Shown here: positions 33,763 to 46,806 of the stretch, in pieces | How positions within the stretch are numbered: the stretch's first letter is position 1 | Layout of the letters: each line of letters begins with the position of its first letter | Source: Pristiophorus japonicus | Taxonomy: Eukaryota | DNA length: 64,000 bases | Direction of reading: 5' to 3' | Assembly (NCBI RefSeq): GCF_044704955.1 | Contig: NC_091980.1 | Coordinates: 78,554,001 to 78,618,000, forward strand | Notes under the pieces: generated by a model | What the model was told of the DNA's origin: nothing | The model's database searches: none | What the model saw: only the letters and a program-made list of their open reading frames with translations | Made by a program: the position numbers and the translations under genes

Positions 33763-35714
33763 ACATCTGAAATAAAACGTTTCGGCTCTAAGAGCAGATA
33801 GAAGTGAGGGGTTGGCATAAGCACTGATTTTCCTGTCGCCTTTTTAGGAAATGTCTGGTTTCAGTTCTGAACTTTCCAGCCCCTCTCCCATCACAGCAAC
33901 CCAGCAGAGATTGAGAATTTCTGTTGATTCTTACCACAAGTCAGTCAGCATAACAGAAATAAATAATCATAACGTAAAAATTTACCAGAGATGAATGGTT
34001 TGGTATAGGAAAAGATGTAGTGACTTAGTTGCAACAGGTGGGAGTGGAATGATGAGAGAGCATTGCTATGGAGATGAACTGCAGAGGAGTGGCATTAGAT
34101 TAGAAAGGAGTTGAAGGTAAGGAAGAATTCAAGAAGGATGAGGAAAACGGGAGCCATGGTCCTAGTTGTAGAGGCGGCATCATTTCTGACCTTGACCATG
34201 TGTTTGTGAGGGGGGTGGAAGCAAGTTTCTAGGGTCACGATTCGGAATTTTGGCAGACGTGGGAATATTGTTACAAGAGAAGAGACTAAAAGGGTTAGAG
34301 CGTTTATTTAAAGATTAGGAGTAAAGTTTTCAGTTTTGAAGAAAGTAAGGGCAGATCAATGATATTGGTATACACAGAAAATTGGGTGAGAATTTGTGAA
34401 GAAACAGGATCAAGCGGTGAGTCTTATGAGATTGATGAGGACTCTTCTTCAAAAGAGTGCGTTGGATCGTTTACATTCACATGAATGTGTAGATTATGTG
34501 CTCAAATCCTGGAGCAGGTGATGAACCCACAACCTTCTGACTCGGGGTAGTTGAGCCACTCTGAAGAGTAATGGGGGTGGAAGACAAGACAAGATCTGGT
34601 GGGGGTGAAACAATCGAGAATGGAGGTGAAACAATTACTGAGAAGATCGACAGAGGTGTTGATGTTGTGCTAGAAATAAATCCGTGACAAAGATACTGTC
34701 AACGGGTATGTGAAAATACACTGGGAATGTTTCATGATATCAATCTTTGGATTAGTGAGAAATTTTAGGAATAGGAATGAATTTGCTTTTCACTTTGCTT
34801 TCCCTCATTCATCATATTTAAGGGATGGAATAGAACATAGATAGCATATGGTCTGCCCCCAGATTATTTAAATTATTCATGTCAACTATTGTTTCAACCC
34901 CTCCTCAATCCCTGCCCTCACCCCATGCACCAGTTAGACATTTGCTATGTTTTTTGGTTGCAATCAAAATATTAGACAAAGAAATCTCATATTTGTATGA
35001 ATACTGCACAGTGTGATTTCAACACACTGTCACCTTATATTCATCAGACCTAGATAAGACTACTGTCGGGGGAAGGTTTTTTTTTGCTGTGGGGCTTTCC
35101 ACTGCTGCAAACTTGATTACAAAAACTACTTAAACTTATTTAACATGAAAACCTTTCAGAGAAGTGACTGTCATTCTGTTCAGCCAGGCTTGCTTCCAAC
35201 AAGTTCCTATGCTGCTGATAGATTAGCGGCAATACTTTGCGACCTAAACAGAGATCTTTTTTATAAAAAATAAGCTGTCAGAACAATTCTACATCCCATT
35301 GTCCCCAGGCTGCCATAGCTAAAGCTGCTGCTGAACTTTATTAATTCTGATAATCTGTAAATAGTGGCTGCTATTTTTATGGAGCTATGCGCTTTAGAAT
35401 TAATCTCTGCACCATAATGCTCACCTATTAGTCAGAAACCTCAACACTCCACAGGGCTCACTGAATAACACATTTACTTCATACTCCTTTCATTAGTAAT
35501 TATCTCAGTGTATTTTGCAGGCTTCATTCATTATCAATAAAATAACTACTGAAAAATATTCACAGTGTGTCTGAACATGATGATGGGTTTGGTGTTGTGC
35601 AATTTGATTGTGTAGTGACTCACTGATGAGCTATTGATGATGTAGTTACAAAGCTGTAACTAGTACACATTGAATTAGAAGTTATTTATCATGATTCCCC
35701 TGTATATGTATAGG

Positions 35715-36825
35715 CAATACCTCAAATTTAAAATTGACATCCTTGTTTTCAAATCCACCTTGGTTTTGCCCCTCCCTCCTCCAGCCCTACAACCCTCCAA
35801 GATCTCTGCACTCCTCCAATTCTGGCCTCCTGTGCATCTCCTGTTTTTTGGGCTCCAATATTGCATTCAGCTGCCTAGGTCCTAAGTGCTGTAATTTCCT
35901 TATTAAATCTCTTCACTTCTCTACCTCTCCCTCCTCCTTTAAGACACCCCTTAAAAACTACGGGGAAGAAATTGGCCTGGTTTGCGCCTCCCGTTAGCAC
36001 CTGTAGGGGGCAGTAACGGGGCGCCATGAGCTTACTGATGGGCTGTGGCAAAATCACCAACACCTGCGAACTTCCCTGGCAGTTTTGTGCTGGCGCTAAG
36101 ACTTACCGTTTTGCTCACTTGCAGAGATCGTGACGTCCTCCGGTGTGCAATGCCCCATTACCACCCTGGATGCAATTTTCGCTCCTGGCCCCTGCAGCAT
36201 TGCCAGACGTCAACGCGACAGCTGAGGAGGCGTTATCACCTTGGCTGGCCACTTGGGGAGTGCTATTTAAAGGTAGTGGCAAAATTTATTTATCTCCTCA
36301 GTGTGGTGTTTTTTGCTTTTTGTGGACCCCGCAATTGCTCAGTCCTGCACTCTCCTAGAGTGCTTAGGGCTGCTATGAATGCAGCGCAGGTGCCGTGGCC
36401 CAATACAGACAGCAGGAAAACTCAGTCACCCTTTTAAGCGAAGGGAGGGGCCTATACAGATGGCTGCGCTGCTCGGAACATTGTGCAGCGCTCTGCTACT
36501 ACCGCCCTTCTCACTCCCTTTAGTGCTCAAGGGAAGTAATAGCATTTGATTTAGTGCTCCACTTCTCTCTTCGAGCACTAAAGTGTAAGTTCCCATCTGT
36601 TGAAAATCTTTTTCGCTTGTTGATACATTTCTGCTCCCGCAAAGTTATCACCCCAAACAGGGTGCTATGCAATTTCTAGTCCTATCTCTTTGATCAAGCT
36701 TTTGGTCATCTGTCCCAATGAATCCTTAAGTAGCTCGGTGTCAAATTGTGTTTGATAATTGCTCCAGTGAAGCGGCTTGGGATGTTTTACTACGTTAAAG
36801 GCACAATACAAGCGCAAGTTGTTTG
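35715..36825 (+). mobile_element. L2 LINE 3' end interrupted by a MITE
   Basis: FKIDILVFKS…AFSCLGPK (compare 53611-53859); tail GCTTGGGATGTTTTACTACGTTAAAGGC…AAGTTGTT. Confidence 0.75.
35962..36654. mobile_element. Putative Harbinger-type MITE
   Basis: Imperfect TIRs GGGGAAGAAATT / AAGTTATCACCCC; CpG-rich; interrupts the L2 fragment. Confidence 0.55.
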
Positions 36826-37071
36826 TTATCAAGATTACCCCATTGATAAACAATGCGATCACAATTGTTCACCTAACTTTTTTTTAACAAAGTAGATTGT
36901 GTATCAATAATTGACAGGTAGACAAAAGGGTCCCGAATTCCCATTCGCGTTGTCCCAATCCCCTGCTTTGACTTTGGTGGGAGATCAGTGGAACATCTGG
37001 CGAAACGACACCAAGAGCTGAAAATGGTTGTTTATACCTATTGTCCAGGGGTCGCACTCACCTGTGATTTA

Positions 37072-37533
37072 CTCGTATGGTTCCAGGGATGAGGGATTAC
37101 GATTACGTGGATAGATTAGAGAAGCTGGGGTTGATCTCCTTGGAGCAGAGAAGGCGAAGAGGAGATTTGATAGAGGTGATTAAAATCATGAAAAATTTAG
37201 ACAGTGTAAATAAAGATAAACTGTTTCCAATGGCTGAAGGGTCAATAACCAGAGGGGACAGATTTAAGGTGATTGGCAAAAGAACCAGAGGTGACATGAG
37301 GAAAAACTTTTCTACGAAACAAATGGTTAGAATTTGGAATGCACTGCCTGATAGGGTGCTGGATGCAGATTCAATAATAGCCTCCAAAAGGGAATTGGAT
37401 AAATAATTGAAGAGAAAAAAATTGCAGGGATATGAGGAAAGAGTGAGATTAACTGGATTGCTCTTTGAAACAGTCAGTGCAGACTCAGTGGGCCAAATGA
37501 GCTCCTTCTGCGCTGTACTATTCTATGGTTCTA
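37072..37533 (+). mobile_element. Older CR1 3' end
   Basis: ORF RLEKLGLISLEQRRRRGDLIEV…IWNALP; decayed TTCTATG tail. Confidence 0.85.
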
Positions 37534-37861
37534 TCTCCCACTGAAGTCTCAGCAGAATATTGGGACATGCCCAATGGAAATTTGGGGCCAAGACCGTTTG
37601 GGGGAGAAATTCAGCATGTTGGCATGCCCAGTTAGTGCCTGGCGAGGGCGTTAGCTGGGTGCTCAGGCATTATCGCCACGGCAGCGCAAATCCAGTGCCG
37701 CGTGGCAAATTCGCCGGCCCCATAGAGCTGGCGCTAACAGTTAGTGCCTCGGCACCTTTCACCATGCACATAATGCTCACTGGGCGCCCGATCTGAAAAC
37801 TTTAGTAGTGTAGGGGAGGACGAAAACCCCCTCATTTTACCCAGAAGGAAAAGAGCTGTGG

Positions 37862-38414
37862 GGTTTTGGTCTCCTAACTTGAGGAAGGACATTCTTGCTA
37901 TTGAGGGAGTGCAGCGAAGGTTCACCAGACTGATTCCCGGGATGGCAGGACTGACCTATCAAGAAAGACTGGATCAACTGGGCTTGTATTCACTGGAGTT
38001 CAGAAGAATGAGAGGGGACCTCATAGAAACGTTTAAAATTCTGACGGGTTTAGACAGGTTAGATGCAGGAAGAATGTTCCCAATGTTGGGGAAGTCCAGA
38101 ACCAGGGGTCACAGTCTGAGGATAAGGGGTAAGCCATTTAGGACCGAGATGAGGAGAAACTTCTTCACCCAGAGAGTGGTGAACCTGTGGAATTCTCTAC
38201 CACAGAAAGTAGTTGAGGCCAATTCACTAAATATATTCAAAAGGGAGTTAGATGAAGTCCTTACTACTCGGGGGATCAAGGGTTATGGCGAGAAAGCAGG
38301 AAGGGGGTACTGAAGTTTCATGTTCAGCCATGAACTCATTGAATGGCGGTGCAGGCTAGAAGGGCTGAATGGCCTGCTCCTGCACCTATTTTCTATGTTT
38401 CTATGTTTCTATGT
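37862..38414 (+). mobile_element. 5'-truncated CR1, young subfamily
   Basis: ORF 37858-38313 nearly identical to 48676-49020 and 63586-63990; (TTTCTATG)3 tail; CTGTG on both sides. Confidence 0.93.
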
Positions 38415-38415
38415 C

Positions 38416-39276
38416 TGTGCTGCAATGTGAATTGAAACCGAGACTGTTTGACCTTGGCAGAGCAGTGATTGGACGAGGGAGGACACCGGAGGGCCAATGG
38501 TGGGACAGAGTCAGCCCGAAGCATGGGGCTTTCAAGCCAATGGGAGAGCACTTGCTCGAAAACTGTGGGTCTGACTCATCGCCATTATTGGGCTATTGTC
38601 TTCCCCATGTTTACACGATGGAGGGAAATTATGCAGACCTTCAGAAAACTAGGGAACCCAAAACAAACCAAGGGCCTACACAATGGCTACAGGAGGCCAA
38701 CCCAACCTTGAGTAGATTAACATCAGTGGAAAAAACCCCCCACAATAATCTAAAACTGCTGCATTTTTCAAAATCACAAAGCCCGCCAATTTCAGCACGA
38801 GAGGCAGACTGGATATCTGGCTATAAAAAGGGGTTTCTGACCCAGTGTGTGTGTTCTCTGCTCTCGTGATCCAACAACCAGCAAGCCTCTCGACACTGAA
38901 GGAAAACCAGTGTCCGAAGACACCGAGATAGAAGAAACAAACCACCAGACTGCAAAAGGCACAGTAGTGAGTACAACCTCTGGTCCCCAGAATTCCCAAC
39001 TCAGTTAGGCCAGGAAAGGTGGGAGGTTGGGCATTGTACTGCTAAACTTGTGTAAAAATTTTCGTTGTGTCCGTTTAGTGGGATTTAGGGGGATTGTTTT
39101 GTTGGTGTATTGCTGTTTGTTGAGATACACTTTGTCAAATAAATTGGAAGCCTAAGTTCCTCTTGAAATCACCTTGTCTCAGTTCTATTGTATTACATCT
39201 CCTGATCGTGAGTCTTATGTCAGAACAGAGTAAGGGAAGCTAGGAGCGCCTCGAAAACGCTCAACTGTGTGTCACA
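38416..39276 (+). repeat. Probable solo LTR (~860 bp)
   Basis: TGTG…TCACA termini; CCAAT boxes; TATAAAAG at 38822; AATAAA at ~39138; no clean TSD. Confidence 0.6.
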
Positions 39277-41729
39277 GGCTAGGGAAGAAGGGGTTAGGAG
39301 TGTTTGACACTCACAGGTGCCTCACAGGCTAGGCATAAGCTGTGGGGATGCACGAGTCTCAAAACCCCCTCCATAATTTGTGGACACAGTCTCTCCAGGG
39401 GTGCTCTTGCAGCACTCAGGGTACCTCCCAGGCCAGGCATAAGCTGTGAGGGCAGAAGCCCAGAGAGAGACACCCAAGGCACAAAAGCACTCCCCGAGAA
39501 CTCCTTACAGTAGCTCCCACCGCCTTATTGCCTGGAGCCGACTGCGCCAGGGAGCAGAGGCATGAACCAGCCGGCTGGCGGTGTGCTACTTAAATGGATG
39601 TGCCGCAGCTGTCAAGAAACTTCCATTCCAATGAGTGGCAGAGAGCGTACGATGTATCTGCAGCCAAATAAAGGCTGCTTAGTCCCCGGTGTGTGTTCAC
39701 ACAGTGTGGGATAATGTGTATGTGTTCAGACAGTGTGGGGTAATATGTGTGTTTTCACACAGTGTGGGGTAATATTTGTACGTTCACACAGTGCGGGATA
39801 AGGTGTGTGTTCACACAGTGTGGGGTAATGTGTGTGTTCACACAGTGCGGGGTAATGTGTGTGTTCACACAGTGCGGGATAATGTGTGTGTTCAACATAG
39901 TGTGGGATAATGTGTGTGTTCACACAGTGCGGGGTAATGTGTGTGTTCAACACAGTGCGGGATAATGTGTGTGTTCACACAGTGCGGGGTAATGTGTGTG
40001 TTCACACAGTGTGGGTAATGTGTGTGTTTACACACTGCGGGGTAATGTGTGTGTTCACACAGTGAGGGGTAATGTGTGTGTTCACACAGTGTGGGGTAAT
40101 GTGTGTGTTCACACAGTGTGGGTAATGTGTGTGTTCACACAGTGTGGGTAATGTGTGTGTTCACACAGTGCAGGGTAATGTGTGTGTTCACACAGTGTGG
40201 GGTAATGTGTGTGTTCACACAGTGCGGGTAATGTGTGTGTTCACAGTGTGCACTAATGTTTGTATGTTCACACAGTGTGGGGTAATGTGTGTGTTCACAC
40301 AGTGCAGGGTAATGTTTCTGTTCACACAGTGTGGAGTAATGTGTGTGTTCACACATTGCGGGGTAATATGTTAGTTCACACAGTGAGGGGTAATATGTGT
40401 GTGTTCACACAGTGCGGGGTAATATGTTACTTCACACAGTGCGGGGTAAAGTGTGTGTTCACACAGTGCCGGGTAATGCGTGTGTGTTCACACAGTGCGA
40501 TGCAATATTTGTGTTCACACAGTGCGATGTAATATTTGTGTTCACACAGTGCGGGGTAATGTGTGTGTTCACACTGCGGGGTAATGTGTGTGTTCACACA
40601 GTGCAGGGTAATGTGTGTGTTCACACAGTGCGATGTAATATTTGTGTTCACACAGTGCGGGGTAATGTGTGTGTTCACACTGCGGGGTAATGTGTGTGTT
40701 CACACAGTGCAGGGTAATGTGTGTATTCACACAGTGTGCAGTAATGTGTGTATTCACACAGTGCGGGATAATGTGTGTGTGTTCACAGTGTGCGGTAATG
40801 TTTGTGTGTTCACACAGTGTGGGGTAATGTGTGTGTTCACACAGTGTGGGATAATGTGTGTGTTCACACAGTGTGGGGTAATGTGTGTGTTCACAGTGTG
40901 GGGTAATGTGTGCGTTCACACAGTGTGGGGTAATGTGTGTGTTCACACAGTGCGGGATAATGTGTGTGTGTTCACAGTGCTGGGTAATGTGTGTGTTCAC
41001 AGTGTGGGGTAATGTGTGTGTTCACACAGTGCGGTGTAATGTGTGTTCACAGTGTGGGATAATGTGTGTGTGTTCACACAGTGTGGGGTAATGTGCGTGT
41101 TCACAGTGCGGGGTAATATGTTAGTTCACACATTGGGGGGTAATGTTTGTGTTCACATAGTGCTGGGTAATGTGTGTGTGCTCACACAGTGCGGGATAAT
41201 GTGTGTGTGTTCACACAGTGTGTTTTAATGTGTGTATTCACACAGTGCGGGTTAATGTTTGTGTGTTCACAGAGTGCAATGTAATGTGTCTGTGATCATA
41301 CAGTGCAGGGCAATGTGTGTGTTTACAGTGTGTTCAATATGTGTGTGTTCACACAGTGCGGGGTAATGTGTGTGTGTTCACAGTGCGGGATAATGTGTGT
41401 GTACACACAGTGCAGTTAAATCTGTGTGTTCACAGAGTGGGGTAATGTGTTTGTTCACAACGTGTGTGGTATTGTGTGTGTTCACACAGTGCGGAGTAAT
41501 GTGTGTTTTCACACAGTGCGGGGTAATGTGTGTGTGTTTACAGTGGGGGGTAATGTTTGTGTGTTCGCAGTGTGGAGTAAAATGTGTGTTTTCACACAGT
41601 GTGGGCTAATGTTTGTGTGTTCACAGTGTGGGGTAAAGTGTGTGTTCACACAATGCGGGGTAATGTGTGTGTTCACACAGTGCGGGGTAATGTGTGTGTT
41701 CACACTGATACGTCCTCACTAAACAGTAT

Positions 41730-42959
41730 GGCCCCAAGTTTTGGCCCGCGCCGAAAACGGCGCACCTCCAAGCTGGACGCCTGTTCTTCGCGCCTAAAAG
41801 TGCGCTCGAAAAAAACTTTGATATTCTCCGGCTCCTCGGAGCTCGATCTCAGCTTGGTGCGGCGCGCTCTTCACAGCGGGGGGCGGAGCCAAACACTCGC
41901 GCCGATTCTGTAAGTAGTGGGGGGCGGGTCCAATTTAAATGAGCCAACGTGGTGCCGGCAACCCTGCGCGTGCGCGTTGGAGCGTGCGCGCATGCACAGT
42001 GTCAAACAAACATTGGCACTCGGCCATTTTTAAAAGGACTCGGCTGCCGTCGAGCCAGTGACGCCGCTCCTATCCCATGGCCGAATGGCCTCAACCCCCT
42101 TGAAAAGCTGCGTGCCTCCGGTGTTGATCCTTCGGCTGCTGGCCAGCCACTGACGCCGCTCCTATCCCATGGCCGAATGGCCTCAGCCCCCTTGAAAAGC
42201 TGCGTGCATCCGGTGTTGATCCTTCGGCTGCCGGCCAGCCACTGACGCCGCTCCTATCCCATGGCCGAATGGCCTCAGTCCCCTTGAAAAGCTGCGTGCC
42301 TCCGGTGTTGATCCTTCGGCTGATGGCCAGCCACTAACAGAATGAAGGCCTGCCTGCAGCACAGCAGCTCAGCTCGAAGGCTGCTTTCTGCCGCTGTTGG
42401 GGCTGCCATCGAGACACTGATGCCACACCCCTGCCTGTCTCCAACATGAAAGGCCTGCCTGAAGTACAGCAGCTCGAAGGCTGCTGCTGTTTCACACAGG
42501 TAGGAACATGGTTTATTTAATCTTTTCTTTGCTTATAAATTTTTATTCAGGTTAGATTTATTTGTATAATATTTGTATAAGTATAACTAAGGATTGATTG
42601 TAGAATTTAATGACTTCCCTTCCCCCCCTTCCCCCCCCACACCTCGTTCCCTACGCCTAATTTGTAACCTACGCCTGATTTTCTAAAATGTAGACAAGGT
42701 TTTTTCGAGCGTACAAAAATCTTCACTTACTCCATTCTAAGTTAGTTTGGAGTAAGTTTTCACTGCCGAAACTTTGAAAACAGGCGTAAGTAGCCGGACA
42801 CGCCCCCTTTTGAAAAGAAAATTCTGTTCCAAAGAGAAACTGTTCGAACTGACTAGAACTGGAGCAAACTAAATGCCGAGAATTTGAATTTCTAAGATAT
42901 TCCATTCTACACCAGTTGCTCCAAAAAATCAGGAGCAACTGAGGCCGAAACTTGGGCCC
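41730..42959. mobile_element. Non-autonomous TIR DNA transposon (PIF/Harbinger-like), 1230 bp
   Basis: TIRs GGCCCCAAGTTTTGGCC / GGCCGAAACTTGGGCCC; 3-bp TSD TAT/TTT, inferred from the empty site CAGTATAAATGC in the LTR B copies. Confidence 0.88.
42054..42335 (+). repeat. Three 92-bp tandem units inside the DNA transposon
   Basis: TGACGCCGCTCCTATCCCATGGCCGAATGGCC at 42059, 42151 and 42243. Confidence 0.93.
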
Positions 42960-44037
42960 TTTAAATGCACACGAGGCCCATGCTTGAGAGAAGGTCAGCC
43001 TGTGACCTATCCTTTATTCCATAGCACTCAAGTGCAGGAAGTGGGTGGAGCTTCCCCTTTTATATCTGAAGATCCAGGTTAGGAGTGTCTCCCACACGTT
43101 CACCACCTAATGGTTATTATTCTCACAGTGTACAACTTAGTTCAGATTAAACATGAGTTACAATGCTGGTTGAATACATGACACACACAGTGCAGGGTAA
43201 TGTGTGTGTGTTCACAGTGTGCGGTAATGTTTGTGTGTTCACACAGTGCGGAGTAATATGTTAGTTCACACATTGAGGGGTAATGTTTGTGTTCACATAG
43301 TGCTGGGTAATGTGTGTGTGCTCACACAGTGCGGGGTAATGTGTGTGTGTTCACACAGTGCGGGGTAATGTGTGTGTTCACACAGTGTGTTGTAATGTGT
43401 GTATTCACACAGTGCATGTTAATGTTTGTGTGTTCACAGAGTTCAATGTAATGTGTCTGTGATCATACAGTGCGGGGTAATGTGTGTGTGTTCACACAGT
43501 GCGGGGTAATGTGTGTGTGTTCACACAACGCTGGGTAATGTGTGTGTTCACAGTGTGGGGTAATGTGTGTTCACACAGTGCTGGGTAATCTGCATGTTCA
43601 CACAGTGCGGGTATTGTGTGTTCGCACAGTGCAGGGTAATGTGTGTGTGTTCACACAGTGCGGGGTAATGTGTGTGTTCACACAGTGTGTTGTAATGTGT
43701 GTATTCACACAGTGCGGGTTAATGTTTGTGTGTTCACAGAGTGCAGTGTAATGTGTCTGTGTTCATACAGTGCAGGGCAATGTGTGTGTTCACAGTGTGG
43801 TCAATATGTGTGTGTTCACACAATGCGGGGTAATGTTTGTGTTCACACAGGGTGGAATAATGTGTGTGTTCACACAGTGCGGGGTAATGTGTGTGTTCAC
43901 ACAGTGCGGGGTAATGTGTGTGTGTTCACACAGTGCGGGGTAGTGTGTGTGTTCACACAGTGCGGGGTAATGTGTGTGTTCACACAGTGCGGGGTAATGT
44001 GTGTGTGTTCACACAGTGCGGAGTAATGTGTGTGTTC

Positions 44038-45348
44038 TGTAACGTTCTGCAAAACCAACCACGGAGACATGTGGCAGGGAGAATGGGAAGATGCCATGTT
44101 TAAAATGACCAGCTGCAGCCTACAGCCTGTAAACCGCGGAGTATGATGGGACTCTGGCCACCCTGTACAGTAACAGACAGTGTTGCAGGGGCACAGAACT
44201 GGACGGGGGATGAGCCAGCTACCATAAGGGGGAAGAGTGTATATTCGGTTCTTCCAGGAAAATGGATACAAGGCAACTTTATATTTTAAAAGGACATTTC
44301 TCCAGCTTTTCATGTAAAACCCTCACAGAAGAGTCAACATGTCCAGGCAAAATCTCCCCAGTAATACACAAGACAACACAAAGGATATCAGTTTGAATAA
44401 TTAAACAAAGGCCCACAGGTCTGATGCAATCATTTTGGACAGCCCAGGCAGAGAGGTACCTCTATCGAGATAGTGAACAATCATCTTCAATCACTCCATC
44501 AGCGAGCGACAGGATACAGGAGGTGTGGCTAATCTCTCATTCCAGACAGATCGATACACATCAAACTGCCATTCACACCCCATTTTATTCAAGGAAAACC
44601 CAAGACAATGGCATGCAGTTTTGGCGCGAAGATGAAGGGACTATAAGAAAAAGCTGCAAAAACACACAAAGAGGTTTTTGGGAGTTGGAAGTTGGAGGTT
44701 GGAGGTTGGAGTCAGCTTTTGCATTGAGTTGTAGAGTTGAGTTAAGAAAGTGGGAGTCAGTTTTCGTTGTGGTTGAGTTGAGTTAAAGGGGAGTTGAGTC
44801 AGCTTTTCACAGGGCCCTCGCTCTGGGGAAGGTGTGCTTAACTCCAGCAGCTTTTTGCTTAGGAGCCAACCGAGAGGCAAATAGAAGAAACCGACGCAAC
44901 ATCGGGGAGGAAAACCGAACCGACCAACAACGTAAAACCCACCCCAGAGGGACCCCGAGCTGAAATAAGTGCTACAGAACCCCGGAGTTGATAGGATTGT
45001 GAGTATAGCCTAAACCCCCTCACAGACTCAATTTAGGATAGGAATTGGTAAGAAGGGTGGAAGTGGGAGGTGTGGTTGTGTGTGAGTGGAATGTTTCAAA
45101 CTCTTATCTTCCCCTTCCCTGTTGCGAGAATTTTTCGTGTTATCGAGCAAGATTGTGCCATTGCTGCTATTTACAACCTCTTCCTATGCCCTCTATCTTT
45201 GTGTTTACTATTCTAAATCAACAACATTAGCCATTTTGCACTCTTACCCGTTGTGTCTGGTGCCTTGTTACTCACCCATCCTCATAAATCGCACATACAG
45301 AACCTCAGGGGAGTGTGGATTCGAACCTACACCCCAAGCTCCCTTACA
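44038..45348 (+). repeat. 1.31-kb solo-LTR-like element, copy 1
   Basis: TGTAA…TTACA termini; TATAAGAAAA at 44642; GAGTTG-type repeats; no coding homology recognised. Confidence 0.8.
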
Positions 45349-46806
45349 ATACACATAGTGCGGTGTAATGTGAGTGTTCAATACAGTGCAGCGTAATATG
45401 TGTGTGTTCACAGTGCGGGGTAATGTGTGTGTGTTCACAATGCGGGGTAATGTGTGTGTTCACACATTGCGGGGTAATGTGTGCGTGTTCGCACAGTGTG
45501 GGGTGATGTGTGTATTCACATAGTGCGGGGTAATGTGTGTGTGTTCACACAGGGTGGAGTAATGTGTGTGTGTTCACAGTGCGGGGTAATGTGTGTGTAC
45601 AACACAATGCGGGATAATATGTATGTTCACACAGTACGGGATAATGTGTGTGTGGTCACACAGTGAGGGGTAATGTGTGTGTGGTCACACAGTGAGGGGT
45701 AATGTGTGTGTGGTCACAGTGTGGGATAATGTGTGTATTCATAGTGTGGGCAAATGTGTGTGTTCACACAGTGCATGTAATGTGTGTGTTCACACAGTGC
45801 AGGATAATATGTGTGTGTTCACACAATGCCGGGTAACGTGAGTCTGTTCAAACAATGCGGGGTAATGTGTGTGAGTTCACACAGTGTGGGGTAATGTGTG
45901 TGTTCACGCAGTATGGGGTAATGTGTTTGTTCACACAGTGTGGGATAATGTGTGTGTGTTCACATATTGCGGGTTAATATATGTTTTCACACAGTGCGGG
46001 TTAATATATGTTTTCACACTGTGCGGGGTAATATGTGTGTTCACACAGTGCGAGGTAATGTGTGTCCTCACACAGTGCGGGGTAATGTGTGTGTGAAATC
46101 ATACAGTGCGGGGTAATATGTGTGTTCACACAGTGTGGGGTAACGTGTGTGTGTTCACACAGTGCGGGGAAATGTGTGTGTGTTTACACAGTGCGGAGTA
46201 ATATGTGTGTGTTCATAAAGTGTGGAGTAAAGTGCGTTTTCACACAGTGCGAGGGAATGTTTGTGTTCACACAGTGTGGGTTAATGTGTGGGTTCATACA
46301 GTGATGGGTAATGTGTGTGTGTTCACACAGTGCGATGTAATATTTATGTTCACACATTGCGGGGTAATGTGTATGTGTTCATGCAGTGCGGGTTAATATG
46401 TGTTTTCACACAGTGCTGGATAATATGTGTGTTCATACAGTGCGAGTTAATGTGTGTTCATACAGTGCCGAGTAATGTGTGTGTTCACACAGTGCGGGGT
46501 AATGTTTGTGTTTACACAGTGAGGGGTAATGTGTGTGTTCACACAGTGCGGGGTAATGTGTGTGTTCACACAGTGCGGGGTAATGTGTGTGTTCACACAG
46601 TGCGGGGTAATGTGTGTGTTTACACAGTGAGGGGTAATGTGTGTGTTCACACAGTGCGGGGTAATGCGTGTGTTCACAGTGCGGGGTAATGCGTGTATTC
46701 ACACAGTGCGGGGTAATGTGTGTGTTCACACAGTGCGGGGTAATGCGTGTATTCACACAGTGCGGGGTAATGTGTGTTCACACGGTGCGGGGTAATGTGT
46801 GTGTTC

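Larger units (their letters stand above)
41706..43183 (-). mobile_element. Solo LTR of the Gypsy B family inserted in the satellite, split by a DNA transposon
   Basis: 41706-41729 plus 42963-43183 align to 9910-10154; TSD CACAC at 41701-41705 and 43184-43188. Confidence 0.92.

Noticed and set aside
45305-45340. tRNA gene
   Set aside because: Only a T-arm-like hairpin; no D-arm, anticodon arm or acceptor stem, and it lies at an LTR terminus.
43897-45358. ORFs inside the 1.3-kb element, conserved between its two copies
   Set aside because: Conservation only reflects the recent duplication; one ORF is already truncated in copy 2 and no motifs were recognised.
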